Shown one piece after another: positions 1-9,299 of a stretch of 27,361 nt of DNA (position 1 is the stretch's first letter; every line of letters starts with the position of its first letter). The stretch is from Gemmatimonadaceae bacterium (lineage in GTDB: Bacteria; Gemmatimonadota; Gemmatimonadetes; Gemmatimonadales; Gemmatimonadaceae). Below the pieces are notes generated by a model. That model was not told the DNA's origin. It saw only the letters and a list, made by a program, of their open reading frames with translations, and searched no databases. A program made the translations under genes and the position numbers. The DNA is taken from NCBI GenBank assembly GCA_044224875.1, contig JBGAJQ010000069.1:1-27361 (forward strand), given 5' to 3'.

Positions 1-1
1 C

Positions 2-1477
2 ATAGCATTGTCGGCGAGCCCGAGTGCGTTGTCGATTCAGCAGGGTGCAAACGGCGCCACCACGATCAACATCGCCCGAACGAACTTCCCCGGTGCAGTG
101 ACCCTCGCCGCCACCGGATTGCCAGCCAACGTTACGGCGTCGTTCACGACGTCGCCGACGACCGGGAATAGCGCCACTCTCACACTCACCGTTGCGGCTG
201 GCGCAGCGACAGGCACCTCCACCATCACGGTCACGGGTTCTGGCACAGGCGTGTCGAATGCAACAACGACGGTATCTCTGACCGTCACGCCACAGTCGTC
301 CGGGTCGAGCGTGGTGTTCGCCTTCTGCAGCCCCAACATCCCGGTGTGGTTTGCTTCCCAGAACGGCGCTGGCGCGTGGACTCAAGTCACGGCCGGTCCA
401 AACAACACCTACACCACAACGATCGGGAGCCAGGGTGGGATCGCGTACGTGATGCCGAGCGGTGGCGGTGGTTACGTCCTGAGCATCATCTACGGCACTG
501 GCGCCGAACTCGCCGGAACCGGCCAGACCAGCTGCACCACGCCGGTCACGAAGTCGGTGACAGGGAGTGTGAGTGGGTTCGGCCAGAACAACACGGACCT
601 GGCGAGCGTCTTCTTTGGTGGCGGCTCGGCGATTGCAACGTCTGCCACGCCGAACTTCAACATGTCTACCGTGTTGACTGGATCTCAGGACCTGATCGGC
701 ACGCGCTTCAGCCTTGACCTCATTACACAGGCCACGGTGTTGAATAAGATCTTCCTGAAGCGTGGCTTGAATCCGCCGAATGGTGGGTCGGTCGGCACCG
801 TCGACTTCAACGGCACCGACGCGTTTGTCCCCGACACGAAGTCGGTCACCGTCAACGGCCTCGTGGGTGGTGAACAGGTCAGCATGAACACTTCATTCCA
901 GACGAGCACCGCGACGTCCGCTGGCTTGACGGCGCTGACCCTCGCGTCCGGCTCGACCTCGAACGTCTCCATCGTCCCGTCCGCCAAGACACAGTCGGGC
1001 GATCTGCAGGTCCTGACGGCAAGCGCTAGCGTAACGAGTGGCAGCGATCTTCAGCTGAGAACCGTCACCACGGCCTTCCGTGATCCGGGGAACCAGACCG
1101 TCACGTTAGGCGCCGTGCTCAGCACGCCGACGGTGACGACCGTGGCGACCGCCCCTTACGCGCGACTCCGCAGTGTCCTCGCGCGACAGTCCGACTACGC
1201 CAACTCGTGGACCGCCAGCTTCTCCCAAGGCACCATCACGGATTCCCGAGCGGCTTTCATCATCATGACTTCCGGCTACATCGGCAGCGCGACGTCGTTC
1301 GACGTTACCATTCCGGACTTCACAGGCGTCGCCGGCTGGCAGTCGATCTGGGGTCTGCAGTCGGGCATGCAAACCGGGTGGACTACCTCCGCGTCCGGGT
1401 GGGTCGCGGGATCGGGTGGCGTGCAGGAGGGGTCGATCATCAGGCTCGGAACGCGTCACGGCACGATCACGCCGTAG
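2..1477 (+). CDS. Ser/Thr/Gly-rich extracellular protein with Ig-like beta-sandwich module(s), 5'-partial
   Basis: Frame is open to the left edge. The N-terminal segment (GAVTLAATGLPANVTASF...SATLTLTVAAGAATGTSTITVTGSG) is a typical Ig-like surface module, followed by a beta-rich region. Ends at TAG 1475-1477, followed by a terminator. Confidence 0.75.
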   Translation: MALSASPSALSIQQGANGATTINIARTNFPGAVTLAATGLPANVTASFTTSPTTGNSATLTLTVAAGAATGTSTITVTGSGTGVSNATTTVSLTVTPQSSGSSVVFAFCSPNIPVWFASQNGAGAWTQVTAGPNNTYTTTIGSQGGIAYVMPSGGGGYVLSIIYGTGAELAGTGQTSCTTPVTKSVTGSVSGFGQNNTDLASVFFGGGSAIATSATPNFNMSTVLTGSQDLIGTRFSLDLITQATVLNKIFLKRGLNPPNGGSVGTVDFNGTDAFVPDTKSVTVNGLVGGEQVSMNTSFQTSTATSAGLTALTLASGSTSNVSIVPSAKTQSGDLQVLTASASVTSGSDLQLRTVTTAFRDPGNQTVTLGAVLSTPTVTTVATAPYARLRSVLARQSDYANSWTASFSQGTITDSRAAFIIMTSGYIGSATSFDVTIPDFTGVAGWQSIWGLQSGMQTGWTTSASGWVAGSGGVQEGSIIRLGTRHGTITP

Positions 1478-1497
1478 CCGTCCAAGTCCAGAACAAC

Positions 1498-1536
1498 AGC
1501 CCGGTCGCGCCAAAAGGCGCGGCCGGGCTTTTTCTT
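1498..1536 (+). terminator. Intrinsic terminator
   Basis: AGCCCGGTCGCGCC-AAAA-GGCGCGGCCGGGCT stem (one G-U pair) followed by TTTTCTT, about 20 nt after the stop. Confidence 0.85.
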
Positions 1537-1762
1537 GGTGCCGGCGTATCGCGCTGTTGAACGACGACCACAAGCAGCCAGCCTTGCCGGTCAACTCGCA
1601 CCGACGCGTGAGGCACCGCCAGGTCGCGAGGTCCAGCAGGGGGCGAAGCGACATTTGCTGCTCGTTCCCCCGATGGTCCGCCCGCGGTATTGTATCGAAA
1701 TTCCCTCCACACGCGGCGTCGCACTGTCCGATGCCGAAATCCACTCCTTTGAAGCGCCCCCA

Positions 1763-3322
1763 ATGACCCCTGACTCTCCTGACCGCTCCACGCTTCCCAC
1801 GGGCGACGTCTCCCGCCGTGACTTCGTACACGGCGCCGCAGCGTCCGCCGCACTGGTGGGCCTGCGGGCTGACCTGCCGCTCCCCTCTGTTCGCCAGATG
1901 CAACAGTCGGATGCGGCCGCGGTGATTGCGCAGATCGCTCCCCAGCATGCGGCCACCGTGAAGATGCTCCAGGACTGGATTGCCCTGCCGTCGATTGCCG
2001 CCGAGAATCGCGGGTACCCGCAGGGTCCCGAGTACATGGCGCAGTTGGCACGCGACGCTGGGTTCCAGCACGTCGAAGTCATCCCGACCGCCGGCAAGTC
2101 AGGCGTCTTCGCCACGCTCGACTCCGGGGCGGCCACCTGGCTCGGCATCTACTTCATGTACGACGTGAAGCAGTTCGACCCGACGGAATGGAGCTCCCCG
2201 CCACTCGAGGCGCGCCTGGTCGACCGACCGGGTGTTGGGAAGGTGATCGTGGGCCGCGGTGCGACGAACACCAAGGGGCCGCAGGTCGCCGTGCTGGCGG
2301 CCTTGCACGCGTTCAAGGCGGCCGGCAAGAAGCTGCCCGTGAACCTTGCGCTTGTGTGCGAAGGTGAGGAGGAGATCGGCTCCCCGAACTTCCACGAGAT
2401 CGTCTTCAAGCCGAACGTCGAAGCAGCGCTTCGCAAGTGCGTCGGTATCATCATTCCCCTTGGCACCCAATCGCTGGACGGCTCGGTCGAGGTGAACCTC
2501 GGCGCCAAGGGCATCGCCGAGTTGGAGCTGGTGGCGACCGGCGAGAAGTGGGGACGCGGACCGGCGCGCGACGTCCACTCGAGTTACGAGGCGCAGATCG
2601 ACAGCCCCGTCTGGCACCTGGTGCAGGCGCTGAACACGCTGGTGAAGGCCGATGGACACACGCCGGCCGTGGAAGGGTTCTTCGACAAGGTGCGCCCCCT
2701 GTCCGACGAACAGAAGCGCATCCTAGAGTCGGCGATCCCGCGAAAGAATGACGCCGCCACCCGCAAGGCGTTAGGCGTGCAGCGCTGGTACGGCGATGAG
2801 TCGTGGCACGACTCCCTTGTTCGACTCGTGTCGCAACCGACGATCAACATCGAGGGATTGGTCGCCGGATACACCGGCCCGGGCGGCAAGACGATTCTCC
2901 CGCACCGCGCCGTCGCCAAGATCGACATGCGCCTGGTGCCCGACATGACCGCCAAGGGTACGGTGGAACTCCTGAAGGTGCACTTGGCCAAGCATGGTTT
3001 CGGCGACGTCGAGGTGAATCTGACGGGAGGATATGACCCCACGGAGACCGCCGCCGACTCCAAGCTCGTGCAGGCCCAGGTGGCCACCTACAAGAAGGCA
3101 GGGATCGATCCCCTGCTCTGGCCGCGCCTGGCCGGGTCGTGGCCCGGTGTCACCTTTACCGGCGCACCGTTGCATCTGCCGGCCGGACAATTTGGCCTCG
3201 GACATGGGAACGGCGCCCACGCCCCGGACGAATACTACCTCGTCGAGTCGGCCAACCCGAAGGTCGCCGGCATGGACGGCGCCGTTCGGTCGTACGTCGA
3301 GTTTTTCTACAACCTGGCGTGA
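1763..3322 (+). CDS. M20/M25/M40 family metallo-hydrolase (dipeptidase-like) with twin-arginine signal peptide
   Basis: ATG 1763 precedes a SRRDFV Tat motif and hydrophobic stretch. Family motifs: GRGA..KG, EGEEEIGS, PTINIEGL, AKIDMRLVP, AHAPDE. The upstream ORF extension from 1535 does not look coding. Confidence 0.85.
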   Translation: MTPDSPDRSTLPTGDVSRRDFVHGAAASAALVGLRADLPLPSVRQMQQSDAAAVIAQIAPQHAATVKMLQDWIALPSIAAENRGYPQGPEYMAQLARDAGFQHVEVIPTAGKSGVFATLDSGAATWLGIYFMYDVKQFDPTEWSSPPLEARLVDRPGVGKVIVGRGATNTKGPQVAVLAALHAFKAAGKKLPVNLALVCEGEEEIGSPNFHEIVFKPNVEAALRKCVGIIIPLGTQSLDGSVEVNLGAKGIAELELVATGEKWGRGPARDVHSSYEAQIDSPVWHLVQALNTLVKADGHTPAVEGFFDKVRPLSDEQKRILESAIPRKNDAATRKALGVQRWYGDESWHDSLVRLVSQPTINIEGLVAGYTGPGGKTILPHRAVAKIDMRLVPDMTAKGTVELLKVHLAKHGFGDVEVNLTGGYDPTETAADSKLVQAQVATYKKAGIDPLLWPRLAGSWPGVTFTGAPLHLPAGQFGLGHGNGAHAPDEYYLVESANPKVAGMDGAVRSYVEFFYNLA

Positions 3323-3331
3323 CCGCGTGGT

Positions 3332-3369
3332 GCGGGCGGCGGCGCCTCGAATGCGCGCCGCCGTCCCGC
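3332..3369. terminator. GC-rich hairpin between convergent genes (possible terminator)
   Basis: GCGGGCGGCGGCGC...GCGCCGCCGTCCCGC inverted repeat between stops at 3322 (+) and 3372 (-). No U-tract. Confidence 0.45.
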
Positions 3370-3371
3370 GG

Positions 3372-4181
3372 TCAGAAGCCCTTCTCGGAAAGCCAATCCA
3401 GGCAGTAGTCGGCCACCTCGCGCCATCCATGATCGATCGTGAGCGAGTGACCGCGACCGGCGAATTCCTTGAACTCTGTGACGGCGCTCGACCGTCTGTA
3501 CGCGCGCAGCGTACTTCGCACGAGCACCGGTGGCACCGTATGATCCTCCGCGCCAGAGATCAGCAGCAGCGGACCGCGCGACGAATTGGACACGTCGACC
3601 TTCGTTTCGGACCTTGGATTCAGCGTCGCCGTCGCGGCTTGAAACAGCGGCTTGCCCGGCGCCGGCATTGCGAACCGATCGTACAGCTCTTTCGCCTCGT
3701 CTTCCGGAACGCCATTCGTGAACCCGAACCGAAATTGCGGCTCGGTCAGGGACACCGCGCGGTTGAGGTTCAGCGGGTTGCCCAGCACGGGAAACGAGGA
3801 ACGAAGCGCGGACAGCGGCAGCTCCGTGACCCCTTTGATCGGCGCTGGATCGATCGCGATCGCCGCCGACCCAAGGTTGCGCGCCAGGAGATTCTGAACC
3901 AACAGGCCGCCAAACGAGTGCCCGATGAGCACCGGCTTCCTCGACAGCTCCGGCAGCTGCGACGCAATGTGATCCGCGATCTCCGACACACCATATCCCG
4001 CCACCGCATCGGCGTTGCGGCGCGTGGCTTCCGTGGTCTCGGAGTCGCCCGGCCAGTCAGCAGCAATCGCGCGGTACCCACGGCTCTCAAAGAGCTCCAT
4101 CCAGTTCTTCCAGGACTCCGCGTGCAACCACAGACCGTGCACGAACACGACGGTCGGGCGCTCGTCGTAGTCGTTCGCCAT
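3372..4181 (-). CDS. Alpha/beta hydrolase (non-heme haloperoxidase/esterase-like)
   Basis: VFVHGLW oxyanion segment, GHSFGG nucleophile elbow, EDHTV acid and RGH His. ATG at 4181 with a GGGGGA SD-like sequence upstream. Confidence 0.88.
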   Translation of the reverse strand: MANDYDERPTVVFVHGLWLHAESWKNWMELFESRGYRAIAADWPGDSETTEATRRNADAVAGYGVSEIADHIASQLPELSRKPVLIGHSFGGLLVQNLLARNLGSAAIAIDPAPIKGVTELPLSALRSSFPVLGNPLNLNRAVSLTEPQFRFGFTNGVPEDEAKELYDRFAMPAPGKPLFQAATATLNPRSETKVDVSNSSRGPLLLISGAEDHTVPPVLVRSTLRAYRRSSAVTEFKEFAGRGHSLTIDHGWREVADYCLDWLSEKGF

Positions 4182-4498
4182 GTGTCCCCCTGTTTGGCCG
4201 TGCCGGATAGTCGCGCCGCCCTTCAATCCCGTCAAGCAAGTACAGCTTTTCTTAACGGATCCCTTTTCATGGGCAGGGATCCAACGGCTGAGCTGGCCAC
4301 GGTGGACCCGCGCCTACCTTCTCCGGGAGTAGGCGCCGATCACTCCGTCGAGCGATTACTTGAGGGGCGCGGCATACCTAACGTGTATTCGAGCAGGACC
4401 ATTCCCGATCGGGCCACTCGAGGCTTCCTTGCTGGCTTCGATCGCGCGGGGCTCAATTGAGTGGCCGATCGATGACACACCTTTCACTTGGAGGATCC

Positions 4499-4906
4499 AT
4501 GGTACGAGAGATTGCGCTACGCTCGCGTCGAACGGGTATGCTGGCCTTGCTGGCTATCGTGGCGATCACTGCGCGGCCTGCGGTCGGGCTCAGTCAGTCG
4601 TCGGCGGAAATCGCGCCGGATTCGGTGCACCGCGCTCAGAACTCCACGGCGGCGCCGGATACGACGACCTTGTCAGGTCCTCGCCTCACGCGAGCTGGGT
4701 TCGATCACGCCGTCGTTAACGGATCGGCGGATGCCTTGCCGCAAAAGCCAGCGAACAACGTGCACGCGGGACAGAACTTGGCGTTGATGGGTGCTGGCGG
4801 AGCTGCCGTGATCGTCGGGCTCCTGATCGGCGGAGATGGAGGTCACCTGCTTGCCCTCGGTGGCGGCGTTGTCGGGATCTACGGCTTGTATCGGTACCTT
4901 CGGTAG
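4499..4906 (+). CDS. Hypothetical exported/membrane protein
   Basis: GGAGG SD at 4490-4494. N-terminal basic+hydrophobic signal-like segment and two C-terminal Gly-rich hydrophobic segments ending in YRYLR. Confidence 0.65.
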   Translation: MVREIALRSRRTGMLALLAIVAITARPAVGLSQSSAEIAPDSVHRAQNSTAAPDTTTLSGPRLTRAGFDHAVVNGSADALPQKPANNVHAGQNLALMGAGGAAVIVGLLIGGDGGHLLALGGGVVGIYGLYRYLR

Positions 4907-5056
4907 GTCAGATCGATCTCTCGGTAGGCAAAGGCTACTCGCTGACCGCGGCGAGTAGCCGCGGGCGCGCGCACAAGACGGCGTCGCCGGCACCGAAGGC
5001 CAGCCGTAGATTTCGCGAAGTCTGGCAACCTTCGCGTACCTCTCGCCCACATCGAC

Positions 5057-6367
5057 ATGCGTTCCGCGCGACACGTCTTGCTTGCACTCGCCTTCACGAG
5101 TGCGTCCCTCCATGCGCAGGCGAACGTCGCCAAGGTCATTGCAGTGAAGGCAGCGCAGATGATCGATCCCGTTTCGGGCAACGCCATCAGGGACGCGGTC
5201 GTGTTGATCCAGGACGACAAGGTGACGGCCGTGGGCTCGGGACTGGCCATTCCGTCGGGAGCGGAGGTGATTGACCTCGGCTCCGGAACGCTCTTGCCAG
5301 GGCTGATCGACACGCACACCCACGTCACATCTCAGCCCACCGAGAACTACTACGCCGACATCTTTCGCCGTTCGCCCATCGACGAGGCCGTGACGGCGCA
5401 CATCTATGCCAAGCGGACGCTGGACGCCGGTTTCACGACGATCCGCAACGTTGGAGCTGGCGAATACATCGACGTGGCCCTCAAGAACGCCATCAATCGC
5501 GGCGACTTGGCAGGACCGCGCATGGCGGTCGCCACCTTGGCCATCAGCGCCACCGGCGGACACGGCGACCTCAGCGGATTCTCGCCGTACATGAAGTTCA
5601 GCAACTTCAATTCCATCGCCGATGGCATCGACGAGATTCGCAAGGCCGTTCGCACGCAAGTGAAGTACGGCGCGGACCTCATCAAGTTCACGGCGACGGC
5701 GGGCGTCTTGTCCGAGGAAGAGTCTGTTGGAGCGCCGCAGTTCTCGCAGGAAGAGATGAACGCGCTGGTAACCGAAGCTGCCATGTGGGGGCGCAAGGTG
5801 GCCGCGCACGCGCACGGAGCCGAAGGGATCAAGCGCGCCATTCGCGCGGGAGTCGCGAGCGTCGAACACGCGTCGCTCATCGACGATGAGGGCATCGCCC
5901 TGGCGAAGGAGCGCGGGACCTATCTCGTGATGGACGTCTACAATGACGACTACATCATGTCCGAGTACAAGCGCCTGGGGTATCCCGACAAGATCCTGAA
6001 CAAGGAAGCGTTGGTGGGGAAGCTGCAACGCGAGAACTTCCGGAAGGCGGTACAGGCGGGCGCGAAGATGGCGTACGGAACGGATGCCGGCGTCTATCCG
6101 CACGGATGGAACGGCAAGCAGTTCGCGAAGATGGTCAAGTGGGGAATGACGCCGATGCAGGCTATCCAGTCGGCCACAGTCAACGCGGCTGACTTGTTAG
6201 GCTGGAACGGCAAGGTGGGTGTCATCAAGCCCGGAGCCTTCGCCGACATCATCGCCGTGAAGGGCGACCCGCTCAAGGACATCTCCGAGCTGGAGCGCGT
6301 GCAGTTCGTGATGAAAGGCGGAAAGGTCGAGAAGAAGTGGCAGGACAAGGGCACGCCCACGACCTGA
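5057..6367 (+). CDS. Secreted metal-dependent amidohydrolase (Xaa-Pro dipeptidase/carboxypeptidase-like subgroup)
   Basis: Signal peptide (..SLHAQA), PGLIDTHTH, GFTTIRNVG, IKFTATAG (carboxylated Lys position), AAHAHG, VEH, GTDAG, GAFADIIAV. Confidence 0.9.
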   Translation: MRSARHVLLALAFTSASLHAQANVAKVIAVKAAQMIDPVSGNAIRDAVVLIQDDKVTAVGSGLAIPSGAEVIDLGSGTLLPGLIDTHTHVTSQPTENYYADIFRRSPIDEAVTAHIYAKRTLDAGFTTIRNVGAGEYIDVALKNAINRGDLAGPRMAVATLAISATGGHGDLSGFSPYMKFSNFNSIADGIDEIRKAVRTQVKYGADLIKFTATAGVLSEEESVGAPQFSQEEMNALVTEAAMWGRKVAAHAHGAEGIKRAIRAGVASVEHASLIDDEGIALAKERGTYLVMDVYNDDYIMSEYKRLGYPDKILNKEALVGKLQRENFRKAVQAGAKMAYGTDAGVYPHGWNGKQFAKMVKWGMTPMQAIQSATVNAADLLGWNGKVGVIKPGAFADIIAVKGDPLKDISELERVQFVMKGGKVEKKWQDKGTPTT

Positions 6368-6621
6368 CGCGCCAGACGGCGATCCCCAACGCGAACGCCC
6401 GCAGTGGGCAAACACCGGACGCTCCGTCGCTCGCGTTCCTGACATTTGGTCCGTTTGCGCCTGACAGCGCGCCTGCACCAGCGGGTGCAACGTCAACCCA
6501 CGGGGAAAGCTGCAGATTCGCTGCTGCTATCGCCGGAAGATCTCCCGAGCGGTGCCGGTTCGGCTCAGACGCGTGCGAACGACCGCTATCCCGAGCTCAC
6601 TATTCGTGCGAGGCAACCCGT

Positions 6622-7179
6622 ATGCGTAATTCCCGTGGGTGGTCGGTCCTTGCCGGAATCGCCTTGACGGTCGTCGCCTGTGCTCCCAAGGAGGACGCGA
6701 CGCCTGCAAGCGAAGGTGCCCCTGCCGCAGCGTCGGTCGGCCAATCCGGAGTAAAGGACGACGAGTCACAGAAGGATGTGGTGAGGATTGCCGTCGGATC
6801 CAAGGACCACACGACGTTAGTCGCCGCCGTGCAAGCCGCCGGCTTGGTGGATGCGCTCTCCAATGCCGGTCCGTTCACCGTCTTTGCTCCGACCAACGCC
6901 GCGTTCGACGCTCTCCCCAAGGGGACCGTAGATGAACTATTGAAGAAGGAGAACCTGGCCAAACTCCAGGGGATCCTGAAGCATCATGTCACCACGTCCA
7001 CCCTCGAGGTCACCGATCTCGCCGATGGGCCGCTGTCCATGGCTGATGGCGGTAGCACGACAATCTCGCATCAGGGCAACGACGTCCTGATCGACGGAGC
7101 CAAGATCGTTGCATCTGTCCGCGGCTCCAACGGCATGGTGCATGTCATCGACAAAGTGATCGTCCCCTCCGCCAAGTAG
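6622..7179 (+). CDS. Fasciclin (FAS1) domain lipoprotein, MPB70/MPB83-like
   Basis: Lipobox VVAC after a hydrophobic signal. FAS1 motifs TLVAAVQAAGL, GPFTVFAPTNAAF and NGMVHVIDKVI. Confidence 0.92.
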   Translation: MRNSRGWSVLAGIALTVVACAPKEDATPASEGAPAAASVGQSGVKDDESQKDVVRIAVGSKDHTTLVAAVQAAGLVDALSNAGPFTVFAPTNAAFDALPKGTVDELLKKENLAKLQGILKHHVTTSTLEVTDLADGPLSMADGGSTTISHQGNDVLIDGAKIVASVRGSNGMVHVIDKVIVPSAK

Positions 7180-7223
7180 GCGAAACCCCTCGGCGTGCCG
7201 CCGAGCCGCCTGTTGGCGCCCCC

Positions 7224-7251
7224 AAGCCCCGTCGCGAAAGCGGCGGGGCTT
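7224..7251. terminator. Hairpin between convergent genes (likely terminator)
   Basis: AAGCCCCGTCGC-GAAA-GCGGCGGGGCTT, a 12-bp stem with a GNRA loop, between the fasciclin and ABC-F stops. Confidence 0.7.
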
Positions 7252-7268
7252 CTGCCTTCTGCGCCGAA

Positions 7269-9218
7269 CTATCGTCCGGCCCCATCCAGTGATTCGGACG
7301 CCGAGGCCCACTTCTCCAGTGCGTCGTCCAACGCGCGTTGCGCCGCCGCCAGCTCGCGCTGCTTGGCGGCAACCGCCTTCGCCGAATCCGCGCGGCCATC
7401 ATACAGGGCGGGGTCCGCAATCGCATCGCGTAGAGCCAGGACCACTCGTTCGCGTTCCTGCACCTCGCGCTCCAACGCCTCGACGGCACGCTTTGCTGTG
7501 CGCAGCGCGTCAGCCTCGGCTCGCTTACCCTCGGCGCTCTTCTTCTCCTTGAGTCGTTCCGCTTCGCGCGCGGCGGCGTTCTTGGCAGCGGTGTCCTTCT
7601 CGCGGGCCAACACCCGCTCAGCATGCCTAACCTCCCAATCGACGAACGGCCCATTGAAATCCTCGATGACACCGTCGTGGAAGGCCCACACCCGTGTCGC
7701 CGTCTCGCGCAAGAAGGCGCGGTCGTGGCTAACGAGGATCACGGTGCCATCGTACTCCTCGATGGCGTCTTCGATGGCCTCGATGGACTCGACGTCCAAG
7801 TGATTCGTCGGCTCGTCCAGCACCAACAGGTTCGCCTTGCGCAGCGTCATGAGGGCGAGGGCCACGCGCGACCGCTCCCCTCCCGACAGTGTGTTGGTGT
7901 TCCAAAGCACTTCGTCGCCTGAGAAGCCAAACGCGCCCAAGTGCCCCTGGACCTGGCCACGCGTCCATAGCGACCGCAAATCCGCGATGCAGTCATAGAT
8001 CGTCTTGTCTGCCGGAACCTGGGCAAGGTCCTGGCGAAACCACTCCGAGGTGATCGAGCCGCCAATGCGGGTTTCCCCGCGCGCAGGTGACCGAGAGCCC
8101 AGCATCGTCGCGATCAGGGTGGACTTCCCCGCCCCATTTGGCCCGACGATTGCCACCACGTCCCCTCGCCGAGCAACGCCAGTGAAGTCGCGCACGAGTA
8201 CACGGTCAGCCACCGTCACCTGCAACTTTTCGGCGACCAGAACCTGGTCGCCACCACGCTCGGCGGCCTCGAAGTGTAGGGACATCGCCCCGGCCTCGCC
8301 CGGCGGCGGCGACAGGCGCGGCAAGCGGGCCAGGCGTGTTCGACGTCCCTTGGCTTGCGACGAATTCTGGCCAGCGAGGTTGCGTCGGATGAACTCCTCT
8401 TCCTTGGCTACAAACTTCTGTTGCTTCGCCACCGCGCGCTCCTGCGCCATCTGTCGCTCGGCTCGCTGCGTGACGAACGACGAGTAGCCGCCACGATACG
8501 CCGTGGCGGTTCCTGCCGACACGTGCAACACGTGATCCACCGTGTCGTCCAGAAAGGCACGATCGTGCGAGATCATCAGCACCGTTTCGCCGAACTCGTG
8601 CAGGTATTGCTTCAACCAGTCCGTGGTGTCGAGGTCCAGGTGATTGGTGGGTTCGTCGAGCAACACGAGGTCGGCTGGCGCCGCGAGTTGCGCCGCCAGC
8701 CCCACCCGGCCGCGCTCGCCGCCACTGAGCGAGAGCACGGCGCGAACCTTCGCCTCGTGCGGATCGAACCCCAGGCCCTGGAGCACGGCGTCGACACGTG
8801 CGTGATACTCATAGCCTCCGGCGTGGGCAAAACGTTCCTGGTCTCGACCATATCGCTCGAGATCTGCCTCGGTGACCCGCTCGCCAAGTTCCGCCAGCCG
8901 CACGCCCTGCTCTTCCAGCGCGCGTTCGAGCTGAATGGCATCAGAGTACGCCGACGCGGCAGCGTCCCAAACGGTCGTCGCATCGCCAAAATCACGATGC
9001 TGGTCCAGCAGCGCGACGCGCAGGCCTGGAAGGCGTGCCACGGCGCCTTGTGCGGGTTGTACCTCGCCCGTGATGACACGAAAGAGCGACGTCTTGCCGG
9101 CGCCATTTCGTCCCACAATGCCCCAACGCTCGCCCTCGCCTACTGTAAAGGTGACGTTCTGGAGAATGGTATTCGCGCCATAGTCGACGCGCAGGTCTGA
9201 AACTGAGAGGATAGACAC
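7269..9218 (-). CDS. ABC-F family ribosome-associated ATPase (YdiF/YheS/Uup-like)
   Basis: Two ABC cassettes (GRNGAGKT..LSGGE..LLDEPTNHLD and GPNGAGKST..LSGGE..LDEPTNHLD), an inter-ABC linker, a C-terminal coiled coil and no TM segments. GTG start at 9218 gives 649 aa. Confidence 0.93.
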   Translation of the reverse strand: MSILSVSDLRVDYGANTILQNVTFTVGEGERWGIVGRNGAGKTSLFRVITGEVQPAQGAVARLPGLRVALLDQHRDFGDATTVWDAAASAYSDAIQLERALEEQGVRLAELGERVTEADLERYGRDQERFAHAGGYEYHARVDAVLQGLGFDPHEAKVRAVLSLSGGERGRVGLAAQLAAPADLVLLDEPTNHLDLDTTDWLKQYLHEFGETVLMISHDRAFLDDTVDHVLHVSAGTATAYRGGYSSFVTQRAERQMAQERAVAKQQKFVAKEEEFIRRNLAGQNSSQAKGRRTRLARLPRLSPPPGEAGAMSLHFEAAERGGDQVLVAEKLQVTVADRVLVRDFTGVARRGDVVAIVGPNGAGKSTLIATMLGSRSPARGETRIGGSITSEWFRQDLAQVPADKTIYDCIADLRSLWTRGQVQGHLGAFGFSGDEVLWNTNTLSGGERSRVALALMTLRKANLLVLDEPTNHLDVESIEAIEDAIEEYDGTVILVSHDRAFLRETATRVWAFHDGVIEDFNGPFVDWEVRHAERVLAREKDTAAKNAAAREAERLKEKKSAEGKRAEADALRTAKRAVEALEREVQERERVVLALRDAIADPALYDGRADSAKAVAAKQRELAAAQRALDDALEKWASASESLDGAGR

Positions 9219-9299
9219 GGCAGTAATATGATTGGTCGGACCGCCGCGTGGAGGCGCTTGCCCAGCGGCGCACCGTGCTAGATTTCGTTCGGAGCCGTC

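Noticed and set aside
4257..4283. GGATCCC-N13-GGGATCC inverted repeat in the divergent intergenic region
   Set aside because: Short and built from self-palindromic words. It could be chance, and no regulator gene is nearby to support it.
3033..6103. Long alternative ORFs such as 3033-4460 (+) and 4673-6103 (-), and similar ones throughout
   Set aside because: They overlap well-supported genes, are Arg/Pro-rich without motifs, and are expected in high-GC DNA.
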